Shown here: piece by piece, positions 33,118-41,977 of the stretch
Position numbering within the stretch: the stretch's first letter is position 1
How the letters are laid out: every line of letters begins with the position of its first letter
DNA from: Candidatus Uhrbacteria bacterium RIFCSPHIGHO2_12_FULL_60_25
GTDB lineage: Bacteria; Patescibacteriota; Patescibacteriia; 2-12-FULL-60-25
Direction: 5' to 3'
DNA length: 64,000 nt
NCBI GenBank assembly: GCA_001791275.1
Contig: MGEH01000024.1
Coordinates: forward strand, 11,097 to 75,096
Program-made: the position numbers and the translations under genes
The notes under the pieces: generated by a model
Database searches by the model: none
What the model was told of the DNA's origin: nothing
The model's input: only the letters and a program-made list of their open reading frames with translations

Positions 33118-34508
33118 CGGGCGTTCGTCATTGTCGCAATACGACCATGCATGCGAATCACGATTGCAGCCCCCAGCATCGCAACGATCGCCATCCTCCA
33201 TGGTGTGATCGGCACGCCGTACCGGATAACGGCATCAACCGGCGCGTGGAGCAGCAGGGTATATAGGACAATAAAACCGGGTATAAATGTCCGGCGATAG
33301 TGTTTGAAACCGTAAACGAGGCCATAGAGTGTCAGAAGCACCCACATCCAATCGATGAAATGCACCACAAGCAAAGTTACGACCTGACGGATCGTCAGCG
33401 CACCGCTCGCTGCCTCCGCTATGTACATTCCTTCGATGGAAAAATCCGGAGTGCCTGGCGACGGAAGCGACATGAGACGCCATTCTTCGACGGGCGTCCA
33501 TGCGAGGTAGCGCAAGAATGTTTCAGGTGATGAGAAAATAATCCGCTTCGCGACCTTTAGAAGCGCCGCGTCGACCGCTTGGTCAGACAACCCTTGTTCA
33601 ACGAGTTCTTCATACGCCTGCCAGACCTTTCGCTGGTGCTGAGTAATGATCGGTTCGATCTCAGGGTACCAACGCTTCATGGACGCCTGACCGAACAATG
33701 CAGATCCTACAGACGCGGAAAGGGCAGACCAAGATTGTTCTGCATTCAGTGCCCGCACGTAGAGAACGACCCCAGCCCGCTGTGTGATTGCATACACTTG
33801 AAACGAGAGCGCATTCCGAACGAGCCAAGGGAGCATCACGGTTGCGGACGTGATGAAGACGACCCCAGCGACAGCCAACCGATGACGTAAAGTCTTTTTC
33901 ACAAGCGCGAACATGAGGATTGCGGCCATCAGAGCTCCAAAGAACTGGTAAATGCCCCTCGTGAGGCCCACTAGTCCTGCAGCAGTACCAAGCGCTCCGG
34001 CCCAGCACAGAGATCGACCGTTTGTATCGTCAGCCCGTAGCAGCTTCATGTACGCCCAGCCTGCGAACGCGAGGAGAAACGCCGTGAGTAATTCTGTAAG
34101 ATGACGCGACGCATACACGGCAAACCCGTATGCAAACGCCGACATCCAGGCGGTCGGTAGTTCGAGCCGCCGATCCATCTCTCCTGTAGCCTTCGCAACG
34201 AACCAAATCGTAGCCATGAGAAGCGCAACCTGCACCCACAGGATTACCGTCAGTTCGGTAGTGATGATGTTCACTACGGACCGCATGAGCGGATACAGTG
34301 GCTCTCGCAGCATGGTCGGCTTACCTCCCAGATCGTAGTGTCCCTGAAGGATGCTTTTCGCGATGGTGTCATACTCGAGTGCGTCTTTCATGATCGGCCC
34401 GTGATTCAACGTCACGAACAGTGCGGCCAGACAGCCCGCTGCGAACAAGGGCCAAAAAAATGACTGCCATGTAAATAATTTACGTACCATGCCTATGACG
34501 CCATACAT
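33114..34508 (-). CDS. GT-C fold membrane glycosyltransferase (ArnT/PMT, GT39/83-like)
   Basis: Polytopic. Loop-1 acidic motif KDALEYDTIAKSI and REPLYPLM. Start taken at MYGVIG (34508); the ORF maximum is 34547. Confidence 0.8.
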   Translation of the reverse strand: MYGVIGMVRKLFTWQSFFWPLFAAGCLAALFVTLNHGPIMKDALEYDTIAKSILQGHYDLGGKPTMLREPLYPLMRSVVNIITTELTVILWVQVALLMATIWFVAKATGEMDRRLELPTAWMSAFAYGFAVYASRHLTELLTAFLLAFAGWAYMKLLRADDTNGRSLCWAGALGTAAGLVGLTRGIYQFFGALMAAILMFALVKKTLRHRLAVAGVVFITSATVMLPWLVRNALSFQVYAITQRAGVVLYVRALNAEQSWSALSASVGSALFGQASMKRWYPEIEPIITQHQRKVWQAYEELVEQGLSDQAVDAALLKVAKRIIFSSPETFLRYLAWTPVEEWRLMSLPSPGTPDFSIEGMYIAEAASGALTIRQVVTLLVVHFIDWMWVLLTLYGLVYGFKHYRRTFIPGFIVLYTLLLHAPVDAVIRYGVPITPWRMAIVAMLGAAIVIRMHGRIATMTNAR

Positions 34509-34509
34509 A

Positions 34510-35334
34510 TTATGTGCTTCGACGTTTCTCCGCCCACGCTTTTCCATTCACCCACATGCTCCGCAACCGATATTCAAGAAAGATCTCGTTATATGACCAT
34601 GGAAGTGACGTCTCACCGCGGATAAGGCCGACGACCGATGCCTTGATCGCTTTCAGGAGCTGTCCCGTGAAACTACGGATGTTGTACCAGATGATCCAGC
34701 GGAACAGATGCGACCATGAGGTGGACGCGATCGTCTTCGCTTCAAGCGCGAGATACTTCATCTGCCGTTTGCGCCACACGCGTGCGGACGGTTGAGGATC
34801 AAGGATCGCTTCATCATGGTCAACGAGTTTCACGTCCGAAGGGAAGACGAGACGTTCATGGACCGCGCGTTCTCCAAGCGTCACACCGGACGAATGCGCG
34901 AAGATATTGGGATACCGATACGGATAGAACAAGGCGTTCAAGACCACGCGTTCATCCGGGAGCTGTGTGAGACGCTGGACCGTGTGCGCGGTATTCGTAT
35001 CGTTCTCGGCGACGATACGGCGCGCGAGATCCATCACCTCCGGCGTGGGGATCTCATCGGCGTCGACCAAGAACCGCCAGTCATGCCGACCCTTGGACCA
35101 CAAACGCAGACGCATGGCACGAAAATCTTTGATCCGCTGATCCGGCTCATCCGTATCAAATTGCTTTTCAACGCGTACACCCATGGATCGCGCGTACTCC
35201 ACCGTCCCGTCCGTACTATTGCCATCCATGATGTACACGTCATCAAACACCGGCACGATGATCGGCAACAACCGCTCAAGCTGCGTTTTCGCATTGAGCG
35301 TCAGGACCCCCACCGAGCAAGGGATCTTTTCCAT
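34510..35334 (-). CDS. GT2 glycosyltransferase
   Basis: Start taken at MEKIPCSV (35334). VGVLTLNAKTQLERLL...YIMDGNSTDGT...VDADEIP. Confidence 0.85.
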   Translation of the reverse strand: MEKIPCSVGVLTLNAKTQLERLLPIIVPVFDDVYIMDGNSTDGTVEYARSMGVRVEKQFDTDEPDQRIKDFRAMRLRLWSKGRHDWRFLVDADEIPTPEVMDLARRIVAENDTNTAHTVQRLTQLPDERVVLNALFYPYRYPNIFAHSSGVTLGERAVHERLVFPSDVKLVDHDEAILDPQPSARVWRKRQMKYLALEAKTIASTSWSHLFRWIIWYNIRSFTGQLLKAIKASVVGLIRGETSLPWSYNEIFLEYRLRSMWVNGKAWAEKRRST

Positions 35335-35335
35335 A

Positions 35336-36433
35336 TCAGCTGAAGAAGGCTCGGACCGCGGCAATGACCTCGTCGACCTCTGCGTCCGTCAATTCCGGGA
35401 ACATTGGCAACGAAAGCATGCGTGTGGCAGACGATTCAGCCACCGGACACTGTCCCTCTTTCCCACCATATTTCAAAAACGACGGCTGGAGATGTACGGG
35501 AATGGGATAGTGGATGCCCGTGCCGATCCCCTTTTCTTTCAACTGCGCCTGCAGTTCATCGCGACGTTCGGTCGCGATGACGAACAGATGGTAGACGTGC
35601 GCGTCTCCAGCGTCTGCAGGACATTCGGCCGCGTTGCCGAGACCGGAACGGTATCGAGCCGCGCTCTCGCGCCGTCGCGCATTCTTCGCGTCGAGCCGCG
35701 TGATTCGTGCAGACAGGTAGGCGGCCTGCAGCGCGTCCATCTTCAAGTTCAACCCAAAAATATCGTGGCGATACTTCTCCTTCATGATCCCATGGAGACG
35801 AATCGCACGAAGTCGTTCTGCCAATGCATCGTCATTCGTGACGACCGCTCCCCCTTCACCCAGCGCGCCAAGATTCTTCGTCGGATAGAAACTGAAACAT
35901 CCCATGTCGCCGAATGTGCCTGCACGCTTCCCGTTCAAGACGGCTCCGTGTGCCTGTGCCGCATCTTCGATGACCTTGAGACCGTGTTTCGCCGCGAACG
36001 CGAGGACGTCATCCATCGGCGCGACGCGACCGTAGAGGTGTACCGGAACGACGGCTTTCGTCTTTGGTGTGACAAGACGTTCGCAGGACGCGAGATCGAG
36101 CAGATGCGTCGTCGGATCAACGTCGCAGAAGACGGGCGTGGCGCCCACGAGCGCGACCGGTTCCGCCGTGGCGATAAACGTGTTGGCCGGCAGGATGACC
36201 TCATCGCCGGGACCGACCCCCAGTGCGAGGTACGCCGCGAGGAGCGCGAGCGTGCCGCCGTTCACGCCTACGGCGTGGTGCACGCCGAGGTAAACCGCGA
36301 ACGCTTTTTCAAACGCGTCAACCTCCGCGCCGAGACTGAAGACGCCCGAGTCGAGGACTCGGGCGGTGATGGCGATGTATTCGTCGCGATGATCAGCGAC
36401 GTCCCTCTTGAGGTCGACAAATGGGACAGGCAT
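35336..36433 (-). CDS. DegT/DnrJ/EryC1/StrS-family PLP sugar aminotransferase (WbpE-like)
   Basis: 365 aa. GCFSFYPTKNLGALGEGGAVVTND with the Schiff-base Lys present. Confidence 0.92.
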   Translation of the reverse strand: MPVPFVDLKRDVADHRDEYIAITARVLDSGVFSLGAEVDAFEKAFAVYLGVHHAVGVNGGTLALLAAYLALGVGPGDEVILPANTFIATAEPVALVGATPVFCDVDPTTHLLDLASCERLVTPKTKAVVPVHLYGRVAPMDDVLAFAAKHGLKVIEDAAQAHGAVLNGKRAGTFGDMGCFSFYPTKNLGALGEGGAVVTNDDALAERLRAIRLHGIMKEKYRHDIFGLNLKMDALQAAYLSARITRLDAKNARRRESAARYRSGLGNAAECPADAGDAHVYHLFVIATERRDELQAQLKEKGIGTGIHYPIPVHLQPSFLKYGGKEGQCPVAESSATRMLSLPMFPELTDAEVDEVIAAVRAFFS

Positions 36434-36926
36434 TTCGTTGTGCTGACAGCATTCGCAGAAGGAACGGTTTTCCCTCGCGGATGATCCCCCCGACCACGGT
36501 GTGCGGGTCCACTTTCGATTTCACGATGGCTCGTGCGCCGACGACCGATCCATGACCGATGGTCACGCCCGGCATGATGATGGCATAGTCGCCGATCCAC
36601 ACGTCGTCTTCGATCGTCACGTCCCCGGCCGTGATGGGATACTCCTTCTGGAGCAACGGCGACGTGTTGGGACCGGAATCGGTGTGGATCACCACACCGA
36701 CCGCGAGCGTTACGCGGCTGCCGAGCGTTAGCTGGGCCGATCCGCCGTGCAACTCGCATCGCGAGTTGATGTAGATGTCATCGCCCATGACGATCGGGCG
36801 CCCGCGTGATCCGAACAGGTTCGTTCCCCGTCGGATCTTTACGTTGATCCCAACACGTACGTAGCTAGGAGTAACGTCGGGTGATAGGTCCACGTCCTCT
36901 CCATGTACGAACTCGACATACTGCAT
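36393..36926 (-). CDS. Left-handed beta-helix (hexapeptide) acyl/acetyltransferase (WbpD/PglD-like)
   Basis: 177 aa. Hexapeptide periodicity IEDDVWIGDYAIIMPGVTIGHGSVVGARAIV. Confidence 0.85.
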   Translation of the reverse strand: MQYVEFVHGEDVDLSPDVTPSYVRVGINVKIRRGTNLFGSRGRPIVMGDDIYINSRCELHGGSAQLTLGSRVTLAVGVVIHTDSGPNTSPLLQKEYPITAGDVTIEDDVWIGDYAIIMPGVTIGHGSVVGARAIVKSKVDPHTVVGGIIREGKPFLLRMLSAQRNACPICRPQEGRR

Positions 36927-36994
36927 GATTCCTCCACAATGTGCGAGTGGAGGGTAGCAATATTCGGCTTGTTTTGCAAGATGCGGGGGAACGC

Positions 36995-38428
36995 CTATTC
37001 ATGCGGAATTCCGCACCCTTCACGATAATTCGCGAGGACGGCTCCACTCACGAGGTCCACGTGTCGATCCGTCATTCTCTGATGACATGGCAGAAAAATC
37101 GCCGCGTGGTGGTACCAGTTGCCGACTTCGACGCCGAAGCGGCGAACGAATGCGGACACGCGTTTCATTTCTTCTTCGTCTTTCATCTTTACGACGAATG
37201 CGCCAGGAAGAACGCCGGGCGGAAGATCGATGTAAGGCTCGATGACGGACTGGAGGCTGGATGCGTAACGTTTCCACACCCTCTGACGTGCATCGCGAAT
37301 GTCATTCAACGGTTGCCAATGCGCGGCGATGAGACCCAGCGACTCTTCTTCTTTTCCAGCATCCGACGCGGCATGGACATCCCACATGCGCTCGAACGGG
37401 ATCTTCATGCCGACAAGCGCACCGCCGAACTGGACGGGAAGAAGTTTCGTGAACGAATAGATCTTCACGTCTCCCCACGTCCCCGTCCCTTCACTCCCCC
37501 ATCCATACGCACAGTCCTCGATGAGTGGGATCTTTGCTGCGTCACAAAACTTCCGCAACTCCGCAGATCGCGGATTCGGGAATCCGAATTCGTGGATCAA
37601 AAAGACTGCGCGTGTTTTTTCCGACTGTTTCTGTGACCACCGACACACCGCCGCGATCGCGCGTGTGACATGCGAAGAGATGTACGGCGTTTCTGTCGTC
37701 GTCGAAATAAGGACCTCGTCGTCCGCCGTCAGTCGTCCCTGATCGCGATATTCGCGAAGACATGCCGCGATCGCATACATCGCACGCGGGAAGATCGTGA
37801 ATTCGTCCGTGCCGAAAGCATCGGCAAGGATCTGATGCCCCTTGTCTGGGTCTCCGAGCGCTACACCATACGCCTCTGTATCGAACGGCGTGATGCGGAG
37901 ATCGATGGGAAGTTCAGGCGGTTTCATAATGAGCGGATACTCGGCCTGACGAAATCCCTCAAAGTATTTTTGGAGCGATGGACGATATGATCCGCCAACA
38001 TCGAGCCATCGGTAATCACGTCCGACCCACGTCTTCACGGCGTGCCACAACAGCAGGTTCGGCGTCTGCCGATCTTTCCCTGCAGGCGTGGACGCATGGC
38101 ACAGCATGAAAAGTTTCGAGCCAACGCCGGCGAGCAGGATCCAGCCGAGACGTTCACCTGTGTCGTCTGCGATCGCGATGTATGCATGATGACGGTCCTC
38201 GAATTGCGCTGGGATGTCATCATCATTCGGAGTGAATGTGCGAACAGCCGCAAGCTCCTCCGCGGATCCGTCGAATGGACGAATGGTCACGCCCATCCCC
38301 TCGCCTTTGCGCACGCTGGTACGGACGCGCTTATCAAGTGCGTCCCATGCGTTGTCCGCGCTTGTGAGATCAAGCAGGTTGCCGCGGACCACGTAATCTT
38401 TCGAGATGTATTTCAACGGCTCATTCAT
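36995..38428 (-). CDS. Fusion: FemAB/GNAT-like acyltransferase-fold domain (N) + DegT-like PLP-fold domain (C)
   Basis: 477 aa. N-terminal ~190 aa: LGWILLAGVGSKLFMLCHAS...RWLDVGGSY. C-terminal part: AVFLIHEFGFP...IEDCAYGWGS...WGDVKIYSFTKLLPVQFGGALVG. Confidence 0.75.
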   Translation of the reverse strand: MNEPLKYISKDYVVRGNLLDLTSADNAWDALDKRVRTSVRKGEGMGVTIRPFDGSAEELAAVRTFTPNDDDIPAQFEDRHHAYIAIADDTGERLGWILLAGVGSKLFMLCHASTPAGKDRQTPNLLLWHAVKTWVGRDYRWLDVGGSYRPSLQKYFEGFRQAEYPLIMKPPELPIDLRITPFDTEAYGVALGDPDKGHQILADAFGTDEFTIFPRAMYAIAACLREYRDQGRLTADDEVLISTTTETPYISSHVTRAIAAVCRWSQKQSEKTRAVFLIHEFGFPNPRSAELRKFCDAAKIPLIEDCAYGWGSEGTGTWGDVKIYSFTKLLPVQFGGALVGMKIPFERMWDVHAASDAGKEEESLGLIAAHWQPLNDIRDARQRVWKRYASSLQSVIEPYIDLPPGVLPGAFVVKMKDEEEMKRVSAFVRRFGVEVGNWYHHAAIFLPCHQRMTDRHVDLVSGAVLANYREGCGIPHE

Positions 38429-39260
38429 GCGTGTAGTCCTTTGCCGCCTGTGCGGTATCCGTCGAGTTCACGTAGAGCCCTGACCCAAGTTCCGCGCCTG
38501 CGAACACCCCTTCGCGCGGCACGAACCGAAGTTCGAACCGTTCTCCGCGTTTCCGCGTGGAGTACATGAAAAAATTGAAATCAAGTTTTTTGCGACGGAC
38601 GTATCGGAAGCAGAGCGTCAGCGCCTCTGCGACGGAACGTCGTTCCGCGGCCGTGAGCTGACCGAAATCATGCGCGCGACGTTTGGTCGTGATCCGTACT
38701 TCGTGATCAAACGGTCCTTCGGGCACGGTAGCGGTGACGTGGCGGTCCTCAAAGAATGGGATCCCTCGTGTCGTTGTGGGTCGTCCACCGAGCGGACCCG
38801 TCACGGACATCGCCCACAGTTGAGCGTGCGGATGAAGCTGTGTTGCGCCCGCGTTCTTCCCTTCGTTCTTATAGAGGAGCACGGACGTGATGCGACGATC
38901 ACGGAACGCGCGACGGAAACGGCCTGCATAGAACGCGAGAAGTTTTTCGATCCGTCGAGCGTCCCAGGAAGCAAGTTGTTTCGCATGCTCGCGACCTTCG
39001 ACGATCAATTCCTGCCGTCCGTATACGCCGCTTCCGTCCGTGACGAAGATCGGATACGAGTTCGCGACCGACAAGAACGACCCAGCGCGAGCAAGGACCT
39101 TCTTGCTGTTCAGACCTTTTGGACAAAACGAACAGCCGCCGGTCTTTTTACCGAACCGTTTTGTGCGATGCGGCGCAAAGAATACGAGACCGCCCGTGCG
39201 GGCGTCCCGAGAGATCCAGGAATACGCGTTCCGTTTCATGGGTGAATTGTACTCCTTCAC
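38421..39260 (-). CDS. Galactose-1-phosphate uridylyltransferase-like HIT-superfamily nucleotidyltransferase/phosphorylase
   Basis: 279 aa. GGCSFCPKG Zn-site-like motif and LHPHAQLWA (HxHxQ). GTG start overlaps the upstream stop. Confidence 0.75.
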   Translation of the reverse strand: MKEYNSPMKRNAYSWISRDARTGGLVFFAPHRTKRFGKKTGGCSFCPKGLNSKKVLARAGSFLSVANSYPIFVTDGSGVYGRQELIVEGREHAKQLASWDARRIEKLLAFYAGRFRRAFRDRRITSVLLYKNEGKNAGATQLHPHAQLWAMSVTGPLGGRPTTTRGIPFFEDRHVTATVPEGPFDHEVRITTKRRAHDFGQLTAAERRSVAEALTLCFRYVRRKKLDFNFFMYSTRKRGERFELRFVPREGVFAGAELGSGLYVNSTDTAQAAKDYTHE

Positions 39261-40264
39261 GCGACTTCCACGAACCGACCGTCTTCTTTGAGCGAACGCA
39301 TCGCGGTTTCGAGGATACGGATCACACGAAGTCCTGAATGCCCATCGGTCTCCGGTGCGCGTCCTTCCTTGATCGCATTGAAAAACTCGCGGATCTGGAG
39401 TTTCAGCGGTTCTTCCTGACGGATGTTCGGGATGAATGTATGACCGGTCCGCAGCGACGGGTAGGCCGGCGTGTCCTGTTCCGGATCATACGTTCCGCGA
39501 TCGTACACTTTGATCGGTTCTGCCGTGTTGATGTCATCGTACACCGCCATCTTTTTATCACCCGCCACGACCATGAGACGCTGCTTGAGCGGTGAATACC
39601 AGTTCACGTGCACGTGACCCATGAGTCCGTCGCCGTAATCGAGTGAGAGGTGGACCATGGTCTCTTGCGGAGACGTTGGATGCGGCACATGCGATGCGCC
39701 GACGGCCGCCACGCGTTTCGGCATGCGGCCGCCCAGCACCGCTTCGAAGATCGTCAGATCATGCGGCGCAAGATCCCACATCACATTCACATCCGGACGG
39801 AACAGGCCCAGATTCACGCGGACCGAGTCCATGTACCGGATCTTTCCGAGTTCGCCGGACTTCGCGAGCTCTGCCAGTGCGCGAACTTCAGGCTTGTAAT
39901 GGAACACGTGTCCCACCATGAGTCGCCGGTCTGCCTGTTCTGCGCGTGCGATCAGATCTTTCGCTTCATCAGACGTTCGTGTGAGGGGTTTTTCCACCAT
40001 CACATGGAGCCCGGCGTCGAGCGCGGCGCGTGCTAAGTCTGCGTGCGTGTGAACAGGCGTTACGATGAACGCGACGTCGTACCGGTCACTGAATACAGCG
40101 GGGGCGGACTCTGCGACGTGAGTGCGCGGATAACGCTGAACAAGTTTCTGCGCCTTCGACGCATCCAGATCGGAAATGCCGATCGACTCAACTTCCGGGA
40201 ACTCCAATAGATTCCGAACGATGTTCGGTCCCCAATACCCTGCTCCGACAACGAGGACGCGCAT
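39257..40264 (-). CDS. Gfo/Idh/MocA-family NAD(P) oxidoreductase (WbpB-like nucleotide-sugar 3-oxidase candidate)
   Basis: 335 aa. MRVLVVGAGYWGPNIVRNL and EKPL motif. Confidence 0.88.
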   Translation of the reverse strand: MRVLVVGAGYWGPNIVRNLLEFPEVESIGISDLDASKAQKLVQRYPRTHVAESAPAVFSDRYDVAFIVTPVHTHADLARAALDAGLHVMVEKPLTRTSDEAKDLIARAEQADRRLMVGHVFHYKPEVRALAELAKSGELGKIRYMDSVRVNLGLFRPDVNVMWDLAPHDLTIFEAVLGGRMPKRVAAVGASHVPHPTSPQETMVHLSLDYGDGLMGHVHVNWYSPLKQRLMVVAGDKKMAVYDDINTAEPIKVYDRGTYDPEQDTPAYPSLRTGHTFIPNIRQEEPLKLQIREFFNAIKEGRAPETDGHSGLRVIRILETAMRSLKEDGRFVEVA

Positions 40265-40386
40265 ATGATGGGTATTCCTTACATGGAAAAAACGAATACA
40301 TCAAGAGAGAACCAAAAAGGAAGACATCTTAATATTTCAAACAAGCCTGAAAAAACCGCTATAACGTTTGTAAGAAAAGCACAACA

Positions 40387-41634
40387 TCATCGATCCGGCT
40401 TGTACAGCGTAAAAAAAATATTAAACGCCTCTGCAACGTACTGAATATCAGCTTCAGTCATCCCTTGATGAGAGCCTATATAAAACCCATTTCGCTGAAT
40501 CCAATCAGCAACTGGGTAGGACGAACTAAGATCGCCAAAGCGATCACGATAAAAAGGTTGTGAAATAAGTGGAAGCATGTCACGTGTTTCAATACCTCTT
40601 GCCTCTAGATGGTTAACCAAATCAACTTTCAAATATTGATCATGAAGAATGACGATCGGAAACATCATAAAAGCATGATCAGTATCAGTTGGATGGTATG
40701 GTAATTGGAGTTCTGTTGCGTACTTACGCAGTACTTCAAGTAGTCGCAAAGCTGTTCGTTTGTGACCATCAATAATTTCAGCCTTTCTGTCCAGCTGCGC
40801 GACACCAAGCGCTCCCTCTAGCTCCGTTAGGCGATAGCTGTAACCGAGTCGTACAAAATTAAATCTCCGTTGAACGACTTCTGCCAAATGATCAGTATCT
40901 ACGGCACTTTGTCGATCATCCATGCTGAAATAAATTGAGTCCCGACCATGATTCGCGAGACTACGTAGAATGATGGCGAGATTCTTATCTTTCGTTAGGA
41001 CGATACCACCTACACCAGTTACTAGCAGATGACACATATACGTCGAGAAGCAGGCAATGTCGCCGAAGGACCCTACTGACCGACCACGATAACGTGTGAA
41101 CATCGTTTCGCATGAATCCTCGACGATACGTAATTTGTGTTTCTTTGCAATCGCTTCGATCGGCTCCATATTACATGGTTGTCCAAAAAGGTGAACGGGT
41201 ACGATTGCGCGCGTTCGATCCGTAATGTGTGCTTCTATTTTACTTGGATCGATGTTGTATGTTCGGCGGTCGACATCAACGAAAACTGGGGTAAGACCAA
41301 GCTCAATCAGCATGTTCGATGTTGCCACGAAAGTCACGGCCGGAACGATGACTTCATCACCCATTTTCCATCCATCCAATTCTTTTAATGCAGCAAACGC
41401 TATATGGAGTGCACTAGTCCCGCTGTTCACAGCTACCCCAAAAGAAACATCATGATCTCGTGCAAAACGATGTTCAAATTCTTGCAGGAAAGGACCATAG
41501 GATAAACGGCCACTGTCAAGAACCCGTAGTATATTTCTACGCTCGCGTTCACCGATGTCCAAGCAGCCAAGGCCGATTCGTATTTGTTTAATGTCGGGTG
41601 CCATACCAATAGTTCTTTGGAATACTGCATTCAA
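40387..41634 (-). CDS. DegT-family PLP/PMP enzyme with His in place of the Schiff-base Lys (ColD/E1-type 3-dehydratase-like)
   Basis: 415-aa ORF (alternative start MAPDIK). FGDIACFSTYMCHLLVTGVGG aligns to FGDMGCFSFYPTKNLGALGEGG of the 35336 gene, with K replaced by H. Visibly AT-rich. Confidence 0.8.
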   Translation of the reverse strand: MNAVFQRTIGMAPDIKQIRIGLGCLDIGERERRNILRVLDSGRLSYGPFLQEFEHRFARDHDVSFGVAVNSGTSALHIAFAALKELDGWKMGDEVIVPAVTFVATSNMLIELGLTPVFVDVDRRTYNIDPSKIEAHITDRTRAIVPVHLFGQPCNMEPIEAIAKKHKLRIVEDSCETMFTRYRGRSVGSFGDIACFSTYMCHLLVTGVGGIVLTKDKNLAIILRSLANHGRDSIYFSMDDRQSAVDTDHLAEVVQRRFNFVRLGYSYRLTELEGALGVAQLDRKAEIIDGHKRTALRLLEVLRKYATELQLPYHPTDTDHAFMMFPIVILHDQYLKVDLVNHLEARGIETRDMLPLISQPFYRDRFGDLSSSYPVADWIQRNGFYIGSHQGMTEADIQYVAEAFNIFFTLYKPDR

Positions 41635-41758
41635 ACAGATCGACGATTAGGATAGTGTACTGTCAATCGTCATTTTTTTGCAAGGAATCAAGTTTCAAGA
41701 CAAATAACCCTTGCTATTGCAGTCGTTTCCCGATACAATTCACTCAATATTAATCGAT

Positions 41759-41968
41759 ATGGCATCACGTCGTAAGAGGGTGTTGGTCGTTGGAGCCAAT
41801 GGATTCATCGGTCGAGCACTCACATCACGACTCGTCTCCCTCGGTTATCATGTTGTGGCTGCGTCTCATTCACAATGTCATGGAATCTCTGCTTCGCAAA
41901 TACGAACTGGCGACCTACGCGACGCACGCTACTGTCGGCGTATTACGAGGGATGTTGACATTATTTAA
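41759..41968 (+). pseudogene. Truncated remnant of an NAD-dependent epimerase/dehydratase (Rossmann N-terminus only)
   Basis: MASRRKRVLVVGANGFIGRALTSRLVSLGYHVV... stops after 69 codons and abuts the 3' end of the convergent AT-rich membrane gene. Confidence 0.55.
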
Positions 41969-41977
41969 ATAACAGAC

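Noticed and set aside
35183-36484. 433-aa plus-strand ORF opposite the DegT aminotransferase.
   Set aside because: Shadow ORF with no motif support.
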